DNA of 64,000 nt from contig DBNX01000018.1 in assembly GCA_002299465.1 (NCBI GenBank), positions 11,987 through 75,986 of the forward strand. Direction: 5' to 3'. Of this stretch, positions 28,587-38,240 are shown piece by piece. The notes under the pieces are model-generated. The model was not told where the DNA came from, did no database searches, and saw nothing but the letters and a program-made list of their open reading frames with translations. The stretch comes from Patescibacteria group bacterium UBA661 (GTDB lineage Bacteria; Patescibacteriota; Minisyncoccia; Phycocordibacterales; UBA918). The position numbers were made by a program, and so were the translations under genes. Each line of letters opens with the position of its first letter. The stretch's first letter is position 1.

Positions 28587-30095
28587 TTAAGGTAAAACGA
28601 CAACAGTGCCGACTGGCAAATCTAGTAATTCAGTCGTGCCGTCAGTACCGACGAGCCCAATCGAGACGGGTGTCTTGGTTGGTTGGTTGTCCTGTAAAGT
28701 ATAGACAAAAGATTCGTTACCGACTAATTCAATAAAGCGTTTTGGTAAAGTTGGTACGGCTATCTTGCGCTCACTTTCAATCGCCACGTCAGCGTTGAGT
28801 CCTTCGCGTAGCCAGGTGGGTATTTCCGCTAGGGTGAAGTGCGCTTCAAAATACGCCACGCCGCCAATTCGGGTGGAGAGGGGGGAGATAAAACTGATGG
28901 TGGCCTCGTGTTGACTAGCGGGGTTGGCATCAAAAGTAACTAAGGCTGTATCACCAACATTTATTTTGGTGATGTCTACTTCCGGGATATTAGCCCGTAA
29001 TTCATAATCACCTTCGTAGATGATGGTAATAGTTTTGTCAGAATTAGTGGTTTCACCGACTTTCATAGCCACTTCACTGATGCTGCCAGCAAAGGGCGCT
29101 CTGATCGTGTAGTCAGAAACGCGAGCAACGCTTGCCCCGAGTCTTGATTCAGCCATGGCTAAGTTTGCCTCCGCTTGGGCTAGAGTCTCTCTGGTTGGTG
29201 GGGCCAGGAGTACAGCTTCGGTTCTTTCTGCTAAACGCAAATTTTCCTCAGCCGCTCGCACTGCGTTTCGTTCTTCGAGTTGGGAAGAGTTGTAAGCGTT
29301 TCTCAAGCTAACGTAAGAAGCCCCACGGCGGTTGGGGATTTCGATTATCCAATCATCATTACGATAAAATTCGCTGGCGGTTAATTGCATATATAAACCA
29401 CAAGTGCCGAGCGGTTGAGCGGTGTCCATCGTAGCAGCAAAGGTTCCGGATTCTAGACCAGACAGACGATAGGAGCGACCAGATACTGCCGAGGAACTAT
29501 AAAGAGAGATGATATAACGACCCTCTTCAGCACAAAGGTAATTGCCAGTGATGGTAGGTGGAGTGTTTCTATTTTCGGGGTCAGTGGGGTAGGCAAATAA
29601 ATTGGCGGAAAGTAGGTTTTTGCGGGCATTGGCTACGGCTTGGGCAAAATCGGAACGGGTTCGTTCCAGTGCGATACGGGCAGTGGTGACGTTGGTGCTG
29701 GCTACCGCTCGTTCCTCCGCGGTAGCGCCGCGGAGGAGTTGTTGCTTAACTTGCTCGGCATAACGCACTCCTTCCAGCGCGGCGTTGTAATCAGCGATAG
29801 CGGCGTCGTTGGTAAGAGTGGCGATTATTTCGCCCGGAGCTACTGACTCGCCCGCTTGTTTGTAGATGTTGCGGATAGTACCGTTTACCGGAAAGCCAAG
29901 CCTGGCTACTTGGAGAGCTTCAATTTTTCCGGAGATGGTGATGGTTTTTCTAACATCACCTAATTGCACAGCGGTAGTTTCTGGTGGCGGTTCGTTGGCG
30001 ATGTTGTATTCTCGCCAGATAAACCAACCAGAAACCGCCACGGCGACAAGCAAAAAGATATACAGCCAGAAATGTTTAGCAAAAAGAAGACGCAT
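28587..30095 (-). CDS. Membrane fusion/adaptor protein (MacA/HlyD-like) with inserted domain
   Basis: N-terminal TM, lipoyl halves GFPVNG / IRAPFAG, coiled coil, IPEVDI. Confidence 0.85.
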   Translation of the reverse strand: MRLLFAKHFWLYIFLLVAVAVSGWFIWREYNIANEPPPETTAVQLGDVRKTITISGKIEALQVARLGFPVNGTIRNIYKQAGESVAPGEIIATLTNDAAIADYNAALEGVRYAEQVKQQLLRGATAEERAVASTNVTTARIALERTRSDFAQAVANARKNLLSANLFAYPTDPENRNTPPTITGNYLCAEEGRYIISLYSSSAVSGRSYRLSGLESGTFAATMDTAQPLGTCGLYMQLTASEFYRNDDWIIEIPNRRGASYVSLRNAYNSSQLEERNAVRAAEENLRLAERTEAVLLAPPTRETLAQAEANLAMAESRLGASVARVSDYTIRAPFAGSISEVAMKVGETTNSDKTITIIYEGDYELRANIPEVDITKINVGDTALVTFDANPASQHEATISFISPLSTRIGGVAYFEAHFTLAEIPTWLREGLNADVAIESERKIAVPTLPKRFIELVGNESFVYTLQDNQPTKTPVSIGLVGTDGTTELLDLPVGTVVVLP

Positions 30096-30204
30096 AAATT
30101 ATTTACCTTGCTCAGTATAGCAGTTGCTAGGCGATTTTTTCGACGAGGCTGTTTGAAAGTTGATAGCTGGGGGTGAAATTTTTTGCCAAACTGAGATGGG
30201 GATA

Positions 30205-30246
30205 GGCGCGAGCTAGTTTGCCCGGCTGGGCAAACTAGCTCGCGCC
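30205..30246. terminator. Strong hairpin downstream of the tRNA
   Basis: ggcgcgagctagtttgccc..gggcaaactagctcgcgcc. Confidence 0.6.
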
Positions 30247-30254
30247 AGAGACAG

Positions 30255-30327
30255 TCCGCCAACCTGGACTCGAACCAGGGACCACAGAGGTATAAGCTCT
30301 GCGCTCTACCAACTGAGCTATTGGCGG
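30255..30327 (-). tRNA. tRNA-Ile with anticodon UAU (CCA not encoded)
   Basis: Cloverleaf CCGCCAA/TTGGCGG, D arm GCTC/GAGC, anticodon arm CAGAG-CTTATAC-CTCTG, T arm CCTGG-TTCGAGT-CCAGG, A73. Confidence 0.92.
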
Positions 30328-30587
30328 AAGTTAATGCGAGAACTATACCGCATCGATTGGGCTAAGACAAATTAGTGTCGGGTCCGCGCCGAGACCGACA
30401 TTTTTTTGGATAAGAAAATCCAAAAAAGTAAAGGGGTCGGCAGAGTTAATGCCGACCCCTCTTTAAACGCCTTCCTCCTTTCGAACGTGGCGTAGTTGCA
30501 AAGAACAAACGAAGCTCTGATAAGGTGTGAATATACAGCTAAACTTCGAAAGCTTACTTTAATAAATTGCCAATGATTGTCAACTGC

Positions 30588-32774
30588 CTACTCCAGATGC
30601 AGGGATTGACTTAGGACACTAATTTTTTTAGCAATAAGTGGCTGGTCACGGAGTTCGTAATCAGCGGCGATAAGTTGTTTGGCTTCTTTTCTAGCAGCTT
30701 CAACTAACTTTAAGTTTTTAAGCGCTTCCATTCCTAGGTCAGAGAGACCCCATTGCTTTAGGCCATAGAGCTCCCCGGCGCCGCGTTGGGTAAGATCGTA
30801 CTCAGCTAGCGCAAAACCATTTTTGGCTTCAAGTAAGGCGCGTAGTCGCTCTTGAGTTTTACCACTTTTACCAACGCTGTCTTTAGAGGTGACAGCAAAA
30901 CAATAGGGCTGGTGAGTACCGCGAATGACTCGCCCCCGCAATTGGTGTAATTGTGCCAAACCAAAACGTTCCGCCCCTTCAATAATTATGTTGGTGGCGT
31001 TAGGAACATTGACACCCACCTCAACGACGGAAGTGGCAACCAAAATATCAATCTCGTGGGCGAGAAATTTTTCCATAACGGAAGTTTTTTCACTCGGAGT
31101 CATTTTACTATGCAGAATGGCGATGCGGGCATTTTTGAAAATGTTTGTCTGCAAACGTTCGGCTTCTTGTTTCACTGATTTAAGTTGGAGGGCGGTTTCT
31201 TTACTGGGGTCGGGTTCGTCGATGCGAGGGCAAATTACATAGACTTGTCGTCCGGCTTGAAGCTCCTGTCTGAGGTGAGTGTAAACCTCCTCAATTTTAC
31301 TGGGGCTGGAGATTTTTGTGATGATCGGTTTGCGACCTTTCGGCATTTCGTCGAGAAGAGAAATGTCCAAATCACCATAAATAGTGAGGGCGAGAGTGCG
31401 TGGAATGGGCGTGGCGGTCATCGACAAGAGATGGGGCAGACGAGTGTCTTTTTTTGCCAGGGCGCGGCGTTGGTTGGTACCAAAACGGTGTTGTTCGTCA
31501 ATAATAACGTAGGCGAGATGTTTGAATTCAATAGTTTTGTAAATCAAGGCGTGAGTGCCAATCACAATCGGTATCTCGCCATTCTTAATCCACTTGGCGA
31601 GTTGTGCTTTGGAAATCCGAGTCGGCTTAGTGGGGTCTGATTTCGAGGGAAACTTGTAACAGCCGCTACCAGTAATCAATCCAAGAGAAATTGGCAAGTG
31701 TTTGAAATATTCAATGAAAGAAGCGAAATGTTGTTTAGCTAAAATTTCGGTCGGTGCCATATAGGCGACTTGCAAGTTTCCGTATCCGATTTTCTTGCCC
31801 AGCCCTTCGGGCGGTAGAGAAGTCGCTACGGCATAGGCGGTAGTGGCAGCCACGGCCGTTTTGCCACTACCGACATCACCCTCCAGTAATCGAGACAGCG
31901 GGTGTTTACCGCCAAAATCTTTGATGATGTCAGCAATCGCGCGGTGTTGTCCGGAGGTGAGTGAAAAAGGAAAACGTTTAATAAAAGCAGCTAGATGTTC
32001 TGGGTCGGTCTTTATTAAATAACTAGAAGCAGCACTTACCGCTGCCCGTTCGCGCGCCTTAGCAGTTTGAATGTAGAAAACTTCCTCAAAGGCGAAGCGT
32101 TTACGAGCACTCGCCGCGTGATCTTGTTTTTTGGGAGTATGTATCCAGATTAAGGCCGTTGCCAATGAGGGCAAGTTATAGCGGTTTAAGATGGTTGCAG
32201 GAATTGGGTCAGTGAGACGGGTGAGAACACCAGTGGCAAAACATTTTTGCACAGCGTGAAAAATCCACTTGGAGGTAATGCCTTTCGTCTCACGATAGAT
32301 AGGGTAAATGGTTTCGTCTAAAGTTTCGGTATTTCTAAAAATGGAATCGTGGCGGTCGATGGGTAAAGTGTCGAGCTTTTCCACCTCGGGATTGGCTAAA
32401 TATAATTTGCCGACACTGCCTGTCACGCGGCCGGCCACTTTGACGTACATACCGTCAGTCAACATCTTAGCCAAGTAGGGTTGGTTGAACCACATAATTT
32501 TAATACGAGCGGTGCCATCCTCAACCCAGCCTTCAGAAATTGGCGTGCGACTCTTCCACGACTTGCGAGTGTTTAAACCACCGAGTTGACCATAAACAAC
32601 CGCCTCTTGGTCTTTTACGAGTGAACTAACAGACTGAATAGAAGAGATGTCTTCATAGCGTTGGGGAAGGTGCAGGAGGAGTTGTTCAACGGTATTAAGG
32701 TTGAGTTTTTTAAGAGCGCGGCGGTGCGCCTCATCCAGACGAAAGTGAAGTGAAATTAAATCAGTTGGTAACAT
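30588..32774 (-). CDS. recG: ATP-dependent DNA helicase RecG
   Basis: GDVGSGKT, APTEILA, DEQHRFG, TATPIPR, QLHQLRGRV. Confidence 0.97.
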   Translation of the reverse strand: MLPTDLISLHFRLDEAHRRALKKLNLNTVEQLLLHLPQRYEDISSIQSVSSLVKDQEAVVYGQLGGLNTRKSWKSRTPISEGWVEDGTARIKIMWFNQPYLAKMLTDGMYVKVAGRVTGSVGKLYLANPEVEKLDTLPIDRHDSIFRNTETLDETIYPIYRETKGITSKWIFHAVQKCFATGVLTRLTDPIPATILNRYNLPSLATALIWIHTPKKQDHAASARKRFAFEEVFYIQTAKARERAAVSAASSYLIKTDPEHLAAFIKRFPFSLTSGQHRAIADIIKDFGGKHPLSRLLEGDVGSGKTAVAATTAYAVATSLPPEGLGKKIGYGNLQVAYMAPTEILAKQHFASFIEYFKHLPISLGLITGSGCYKFPSKSDPTKPTRISKAQLAKWIKNGEIPIVIGTHALIYKTIEFKHLAYVIIDEQHRFGTNQRRALAKKDTRLPHLLSMTATPIPRTLALTIYGDLDISLLDEMPKGRKPIITKISSPSKIEEVYTHLRQELQAGRQVYVICPRIDEPDPSKETALQLKSVKQEAERLQTNIFKNARIAILHSKMTPSEKTSVMEKFLAHEIDILVATSVVEVGVNVPNATNIIIEGAERFGLAQLHQLRGRVIRGTHQPYCFAVTSKDSVGKSGKTQERLRALLEAKNGFALAEYDLTQRGAGELYGLKQWGLSDLGMEALKNLKLVEAARKEAKQLIAADYELRDQPLIAKKISVLSQSLHLE

Positions 32775-32907
32775 AACGTCATCATAGCAAAAGTCTGAGG
32801 AAAAGTTATAGAAGAAGTTTTTTGTGGAGAAGTCTAAATCGATACTAGATAATAGTTTTTGGGTAGGATTGAGAGGGTAGGCACTCTCGGGACTTTACAA
32901 ATTTTAT

Positions 32908-32936
32908 TTGACAAATAGCATAAATAATGTTATTAT
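32908..32936 (+). promoter_or_regulatory. Sigma70 promoter
   Basis: TTGACA-17-TATTAT with extended TG. Confidence 0.7.
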
Positions 32937-32982
32937 CAAAACGTTGTAAAGTTCTTAAACCAGCAGCAAAAAAGGAGAAATT

Positions 32983-33240
32983 ATGCTCTGCTGCGCTTAT
33001 GTCGACGGCAACTTGTTTTTTTTGGCAGCGGTTTCGTCAGTTGGCGAAACCGCTGCCCGTAGCCCCACCCAACAGGGTGGTCGCATTCGCCGCAAACCCG
33101 CTTTGCGGCGGCGGGGCGGCAAGATCACCAATTTCTGGCTGGACAGCTGGAAGCGTACCCGTTCGCGCGCTAACGAGAGCAACCACCGGCGGCGGCAGTG
33201 CTTTGAGACCAACCGCCGCCTGGGCGTGATTGTCTGGTAG
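32983..33240 (+). CDS. Small basic hypothetical protein
   Basis: AAGGAG SD, promoter, terminator at 33267-33295. Confidence 0.5.
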   Translation: MLCCAYVDGNLFFLAAVSSVGETAARSPTQQGGRIRRKPALRRRGGKITNFWLDSWKRTRSRANESNHRRRQCFETNRRLGVIVW

Positions 33241-33422
33241 CGGTAACCGACAAGCCATGCCGATTCAAAACACCTTCCTAGGAGGGTGTTTTTTCATAAA
33301 ATTACCAGCTGCATAATTAAGAATTTCTCACGCGGATTTATCCACGGGGTTCAAAACAAGCCCTAGCCATTTAGTCATTGACGCAACGCGTTGTCGTGGT
33401 ACTATCTAGGTCAGAGTGGATT

Positions 33423-33433
33423 GTTCTTTAACA
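33423..33433 (+). promoter_or_regulatory. boxA-like Nus site
   Basis: GTTCTTTAACA matches GYTCTTTAANA, just after TTGACG-16-TACTAT. Confidence 0.5.
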
Positions 33434-33480
33434 AAACAATCCGTAAACAACTTTTAACTAACTCGTAAAGGAGTGTTGAG

Positions 33481-34137
33481 ATGCTCACAAAAAAAGTTGA
33501 GTTTGACCAAGTTTGGCTTGAGCTTATGTTGGGTAGATACCAAGAGGTCGTCTCGGTCAAGCGGCAGTCTGCTGACTCCAGAACTTACTGGATATGGATT
33601 CAGCTTGTGAAAAAGTCCAAAACAAAGAGTGGCAAAAAAATCTTGGCGGTGCGTTACGGCAACAGCACTGCCGTCCACTGTGAACTGTTGCCGCTAACAG
33701 CTCTCTATCAGACTGTTTGTCCGCCGACCTTGAACAGAGGACAGCAGTTGATCTGGAGTATTTTGCGCCGGCAGTTTCGTCGTGAATTAGACTTGATTGC
33801 GAGTTCGTTTATGACTATCTGTGGGGTGCACTATCCGCCACTTCGACCCAGTCATCTTTTGCCAAGAAAAGTCCCAGAGCGATTTTTCTCGCTAGCTACA
33901 CCGGCTGGCACATTGAGTTTTTTGCGTCAAGTTGAGTTTGGTGCGGTCACTCTTGTGCTCGTTTCGGCTACTTTGGGACATCCCTTTCGCCAGTCTCTGG
34001 AAGAAGGTGTGAACATAAAAATAAGAATAGCCGATGGGACATTTGCCCCATACCTGAAATCGAGCCGAGAGGAGCGTCTGGTGTTGGCCTTGCGGTCGGC
34101 GCTCATTCCGACTGGGCGACCACAGCAACTGTCTTAA
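33481..34137 (+). CDS. Hypothetical protein
   Basis: 218 aa, AAAGGAG SD. Confidence 0.65.
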   Translation: MLTKKVEFDQVWLELMLGRYQEVVSVKRQSADSRTYWIWIQLVKKSKTKSGKKILAVRYGNSTAVHCELLPLTALYQTVCPPTLNRGQQLIWSILRRQFRRELDLIASSFMTICGVHYPPLRPSHLLPRKVPERFFSLATPAGTLSFLRQVEFGAVTLVLVSATLGHPFRQSLEEGVNIKIRIADGTFAPYLKSSREERLVLALRSALIPTGRPQQLS

Positions 34138-34152
34138 GCTAGGAGGTGTTTT

Positions 34153-34353
34153 ATGGGTACGCAAGCTAGGGTGAGTCGTTTTCATCAGGAGTTGCAAGCG
34201 GTGGTAGAGGTGGCCAACCAGCAATATGATGACAATTACGAAGCACACCAAAAGGCGTTTCGAGTCAGAGAGAAAGAACTCGATGCTCTCTTTGACAAAT
34301 ATCGGCATCGTTTTAAGGTTGGACTTCCGTACGTTCCGTCACCGCGGCGGTAG
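34153..34353 (+). CDS. Small helical hypothetical protein
   Basis: AGGAGGT SD; terminator follows. Confidence 0.6.
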   Translation: MGTQARVSRFHQELQAVVEVANQQYDDNYEAHQKAFRVREKELDALFDKYRHRFKVGLPYVPSPRR

Positions 34354-34359
34354 GGCATT

Positions 34360-34410
34360 TAAGCCCCGCTCGCTGACAACTTTCGTTGTCAGCGAGCGGG
34401 GCTTTCTCTT
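34360..34410 (+). terminator. Intrinsic terminator
   Basis: aagccccgctcgctgacaac..gttgtcagcgagcggggctt followed by Ts. Confidence 0.85.
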
Positions 34411-34647
34411 TTCAGATATTTAATCTGTCGTATACGGTTGAGATAATTTTATACACACATTTATACGCACACTGCTTTTGAATCAATTTTTTGAATAATC
34501 ATTACTCTACTCGATTGCGCGCAATCTAGTAAAGCCAAGTCGAAAAATGACCGCTGGTCTAATCTTAAAGGCCGCCTGTTAAGGCTCACCCCTCTTCCTC
34601 GTTGGATTTTATATTAGCAAGAGAATCTGGAGCTGGCCCTCGCAAAA

Positions 34648-35706
34648 TCAAAATAATCCAAGACTACCCACATAATCTACCCCGGCTGATCTAACTTCTG
34701 TAAATGTACGTAGGGTTCTGGCTGCTCTTAAGAGACCAAAGGTGCCCGCTCCACTAATTTCAACATCATATAGAGAAAGTAATCCGCCTGATCTGACACA
34801 GATGACCTCCCCTCCAACCTGAGTGAGGATTTCTTCTATCCTGTCTGGAGAAGTACCTTCCTGAAAGCTGACCATTAATTTATCCTCAATAAATGTTCCA
34901 AATATCAAACTTCTCACCACCCTTACCTCTGCTGAGCCATAGCCCCGACAGGTGGTGGAAAATCTTGTGACCAGAAGAGCTATAGTCGGGGAATAGACTT
35001 TTTCACTTGGTTTTTCTGGAACTACCAAGGCCGCGCGGAAATAAACATTGGTTTCTTCTGGGTAGGGACCAATAATAAGATTTCTGCCGTAAAGAAAATT
35101 CCCAGCAACCAGATCACCATCTTTCCCGTCATCAAATAATTGACCAATCTCCCTGACAACTTTTCCGTGCTCATCAATCTCTTCCACCACCACCGAAATC
35201 GCTCGTTCCTGCACACCGGAATATCTAAGACTGAAAAAAACTTCCTGTGACTGATTTACTGAAATAACATCGGGATGGAACCCTAACGAATTGATGTTTC
35301 TTTGCGCTGGCTTGGGGTCTGCTTCCAATTGGCATTGTTCTCTATGTGTTGCGTTCCCAATAAAGCTGCAAAGAGTGACGTCCTTTTCCGACTGGGCGTA
35401 AACAAAATAGCAATAATCTCTTGAGTCGGCGTACTTTATTTCTTCACAACCTGGAATCGCTTGTGGCGCAAGAGCGGGTGCTGTGATTGCTCCGCTTTCC
35501 TGTACTAGTTCTGTATGTACACCAATTTCTTCCGTATCTAGTACTAACGACTCCTCCGCGGCGGGGTTCATAACGGTATAGATACCAAAACCAGCCAATA
35601 CTACAAATAGAAAACTGGCCACTATTACCAGCACAAAAAACCACCGCGAAACGGGTGGCTTTCCAGCAACCTTATTAACTAGATTTGTGGGCTTGTGATT
35701 GTTCAT
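34648..35706 (-). CDS. Membrane-anchored surface protein: Cys repeat, choice-of-anchor-X-like domain, subtilase-prodomain-like C-terminus
   Basis: TM; C..I....RDYC..C..I....REQC; LFDDGKDGDLVAG..Y; LMVSFQEGTS..IEEIL..G.EV. Confidence 0.6.
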   Translation of the reverse strand: MNNHKPTNLVNKVAGKPPVSRWFFVLVIVASFLFVVLAGFGIYTVMNPAAEESLVLDTEEIGVHTELVQESGAITAPALAPQAIPGCEEIKYADSRDYCYFVYAQSEKDVTLCSFIGNATHREQCQLEADPKPAQRNINSLGFHPDVISVNQSQEVFFSLRYSGVQERAISVVVEEIDEHGKVVREIGQLFDDGKDGDLVAGNFLYGRNLIIGPYPEETNVYFRAALVVPEKPSEKVYSPTIALLVTRFSTTCRGYGSAEVRVVRSLIFGTFIEDKLMVSFQEGTSPDRIEEILTQVGGEVICVRSGGLLSLYDVEISGAGTFGLLRAARTLRTFTEVRSAGVDYVGSLGLF

Positions 35707-36036
35707 AAAAATAGTTGTTAAAACACTTACTATGTTACCACTTTCTGTCGAGGTTGGTGTTAGAGATATTAGACACTGTTAGGAAAACTCTTTACCTACG
35801 GTAGCCAAGGCACTTTATCAAGCTCCGCGGTGGATAGTCACAGGTAAGACTTGCGTAAAAATGTTGTTATGTTATATTCGACAGTAAGAAACATTCTCTC
35901 CTGTTCGCGCTAAGTGCGAACTCCAGCCATTTTAAATTACTCAGGTTGGCAGTTTGTTGCTGTGTATGAAATCGGAAATTGCGAGTGTTTCTTAGTTAAT
36001 GTTAATTTAGATTACCAAGTTTAACGGAGCTGATTT

Positions 36037-36891
36037 ATGGAACCAATTGTTTTAGCGACTTTAGTGACGTTGGGAGCTGGACTCGCTACCGGTATCGGTA
36101 GCTTGTTGGCCTTTACCCAAAAGAGACCGAGTGATAAATTCCTGTCTTTTATGCTCGGGTTGTCGGCGGGTGTGATGTTGTATGTCTCGATGATCGAGAT
36201 TTTTCAGAAGGCCGTTGGCAGTCTGACAGAAGCAACAGGCAGTGATGGGCAGGGATACTTGTGGGCTACGATCGGTTTTTTTGCGGGCTTTATAGTTATC
36301 GCCATTATCGACCATGTCTTTGATTACATCCACCAAGATAAAATGGAGGGAGAACCACACACTCACTCACACCGACTCCTTAATGAGGATGAAAATGGGC
36401 GAACACCACTGGAGCGCACCGCAGAAAGTGTCGAGCGCAAGGGGTTAATGCGGATGGGTGTATTTATGGCAATTGCGATTGCCATCCACAACTTTCCGGA
36501 AGGATTGGCGACGTTTATGGCGGTGCTCGAAGAGCCAGCTCTCGGTATAGCGATTGCCATAGCGATTGCCATCCACAACATTCCAGAAGGGATTGCTGTG
36601 TCGATTCCCATTTACCGCGCGACGGGTAGCCGACTTAAAGCTTTTTGGTATTCGTTTGCTTCCGGTCTAGCTGAGCCAGCCGGAGCGTTGCTCGGCTTCT
36701 TTCTCCTCAGCTACTTCATCAACGATTACTTCTTTGGTGTCGTGTTTGCGGGAGTGGCCGGTATCATGGTTTACGTGGCACTTGACCAGCTCTTGCCGAC
36801 TGCCCAAAAGTACAATCACCACTTGCCTATAATCGGCGTGTTTGTGGGTATGGCAGTGATGGCTTCTAGCTTGGTGCTGTTTGCGCTGTAG
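36037..36891 (+). CDS. zupT: ZIP-family divalent metal transporter
   Basis: SAGVMLYVS, HNFPEG, HNIPEG, SGLAEP, His-rich loop. Confidence 0.93.
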   Translation: MEPIVLATLVTLGAGLATGIGSLLAFTQKRPSDKFLSFMLGLSAGVMLYVSMIEIFQKAVGSLTEATGSDGQGYLWATIGFFAGFIVIAIIDHVFDYIHQDKMEGEPHTHSHRLLNEDENGRTPLERTAESVERKGLMRMGVFMAIAIAIHNFPEGLATFMAVLEEPALGIAIAIAIAIHNIPEGIAVSIPIYRATGSRLKAFWYSFASGLAEPAGALLGFFLLSYFINDYFFGVVFAGVAGIMVYVALDQLLPTAQKYNHHLPIIGVFVGMAVMASSLVLFAL

Positions 36892-36915
36892 GAAGGTAAT
36901 CTGATTAGAGTTTTA

Positions 36916-36952
36916 AAAGCCCCGTGACGCGAAGCGTCACGGGGCTTTCTTT
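36916..36952 (+). terminator. zupT terminator
   Basis: aaagccccgtgacgc-gaa-gcgtcacggggcttt. Confidence 0.85.
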
Positions 36953-37052
36953 GGGTTGTTGTCCGCAAATCTACTATGTACAAAACCATCTAAATATGCT
37001 ATAATTAAAAGTGGATTCAGATAAACCATACGACACAAGAAAGGACTTTGAC

Positions 37053-37301
37053 ATGGCTAAAAAAAGTGCACGCCCACCGCGCGTACAGGCGGCGGTGCTA
37101 CGGGGTGACCGAGCTGCCTGCAGTGAGTTCGGGAAAAGAGGTGCGAAAAAACGCGCCGAAATAAAAGCAGAAGAAATAAAGGAGAAAGAAGAAGATCAGC
37201 TCGTGGAAGATGTCTTTAAAAAGATTCGAGCTGACGAATTATTGAAAGCTTTTGCAAGGCGCGACAGGCAAGCAAACCTGGACGTCTGCCCAATAGACTG
37301 A
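37053..37301 (+). CDS. Small charged protein with one KGG-like motif
   Basis: SEFGKRGAK; AAGGA SD; TGCTATAAT upstream. Confidence 0.55.
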   Translation: MAKKSARPPRVQAAVLRGDRAACSEFGKRGAKKRAEIKAEEIKEKEEDQLVEDVFKKIRADELLKAFARRDRQANLDVCPID

Positions 37302-37319
37302 TTTTTTAGGAGGAGAAGG

Positions 37320-37511
37320 ATGAGCAAACAAAGCAAGTGTCGACAAAGGGGCGCGCTCAAAGTCGCCCAAAATCGGTCAGCTCGCCGGCAAGCAAACGAA
37401 GGCTTGCGGGAGATTTTGCAATCCCTGCCTGAAGAAGTCGAGCATCCTTCTGAGTGGCAGTTGTCAGATCGCGAAGATGCCCGAGCGCTCAAAACAGACC
37501 GTTTTGAGTAA
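37320..37511 (+). CDS. Small hypothetical protein
   Basis: AGGAGGAG SD. Confidence 0.5.
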   Translation: MSKQSKCRQRGALKVAQNRSARRQANEGLREILQSLPEEVEHPSEWQLSDREDARALKTDRFE

Positions 37512-37558
37512 AACAAACCCCCGCGCCACCGCGCGGGATTCTTTTTAGGAGAAGTGAG

Positions 37559-37924
37559 ATGTCTCAGTATGAAAATCTGGGCGGAGCAAGTCCGCGCACT
37601 GCCGATGGCGTGGTTACCGTTATGGGGGGCACCAACCAACAGCTTACCGCCGTGGCTTGTGTGCCAATGAGCGTTCAGGCAAAAGCACTTAGTCGTTGTA
37701 TGGCAGCCCTGTACGAGTTCGGCGAATTTTTCGAGTTTGGGGCTGGGAACAGGTGCTACTTTAGTGTGACTTGCGACGCTAACAGCAAAGTGATCTTCGT
37801 TAGCTTCACGCTGGAGGAAAAGTCGTTTAATTTGGTACTCATTCGCTTCCTTGAGTACTTGCGACAAAGTCGCGTTATGGTGAATCCGATTGTTGTGGAC
37901 CTCACCCAGGCACGGTTGCGGTGA
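37559..37924 (+). CDS. Hypothetical protein
   Basis: AGGAG SD, 121 aa. Confidence 0.55.
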   Translation: MSQYENLGGASPRTADGVVTVMGGTNQQLTAVACVPMSVQAKALSRCMAALYEFGEFFEFGAGNRCYFSVTCDANSKVIFVSFTLEEKSFNLVLIRFLEYLRQSRVMVNPIVVDLTQARLR

Positions 37925-38024
37925 TGCCGTAATTGTAATTTTTTTGGTTTTCTCAACCACGAGTACTACTCGTGGTTTTTGTTTTACAAAAACCCGCGGC
38001 GTTGGCGCGCGGGTTTTTTAAAAA

Positions 38025-38240
38025 CTAGGAAAGCTGCTGGCGGATTTCTTGCGGGGAATCTCCGCAAAGATGCCCTTTATCGATGTGGACGAGAACGTGA
38101 GCGAGCAGTCCGGCCGCATTGTTGTCCCCTTGTTCTCTAGCTTTTGCTATCAGACAAAGAGCGTTTTGAGCAGTCACTTCTCCTTCAAAGTGGTAACCCA
38201 GGCGTTCCAGGTGGGGTAGCAGGTGTTTGGGTACGTACAT
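38025..38240 (-). CDS. Small hypothetical protein
   Basis: AAAGGAG SD; convergent terminators at 37955-38020. Confidence 0.55.
   Translation of the reverse strand: MYVPKHLLPHLERLGYHFEGEVTAQNALCLIAKAREQGDNNAAGLLAHVLVHIDKGHLCGDSPQEIRQQLS

Noticed and set aside
33338-33346. DnaA-box-like TTATCCACG
   Set aside because: Single imperfect box; no cluster or dnaA nearby
37196-37960. 254-aa ORF on the minus strand
   Set aside because: Shadow of three SD-led plus-strand genes
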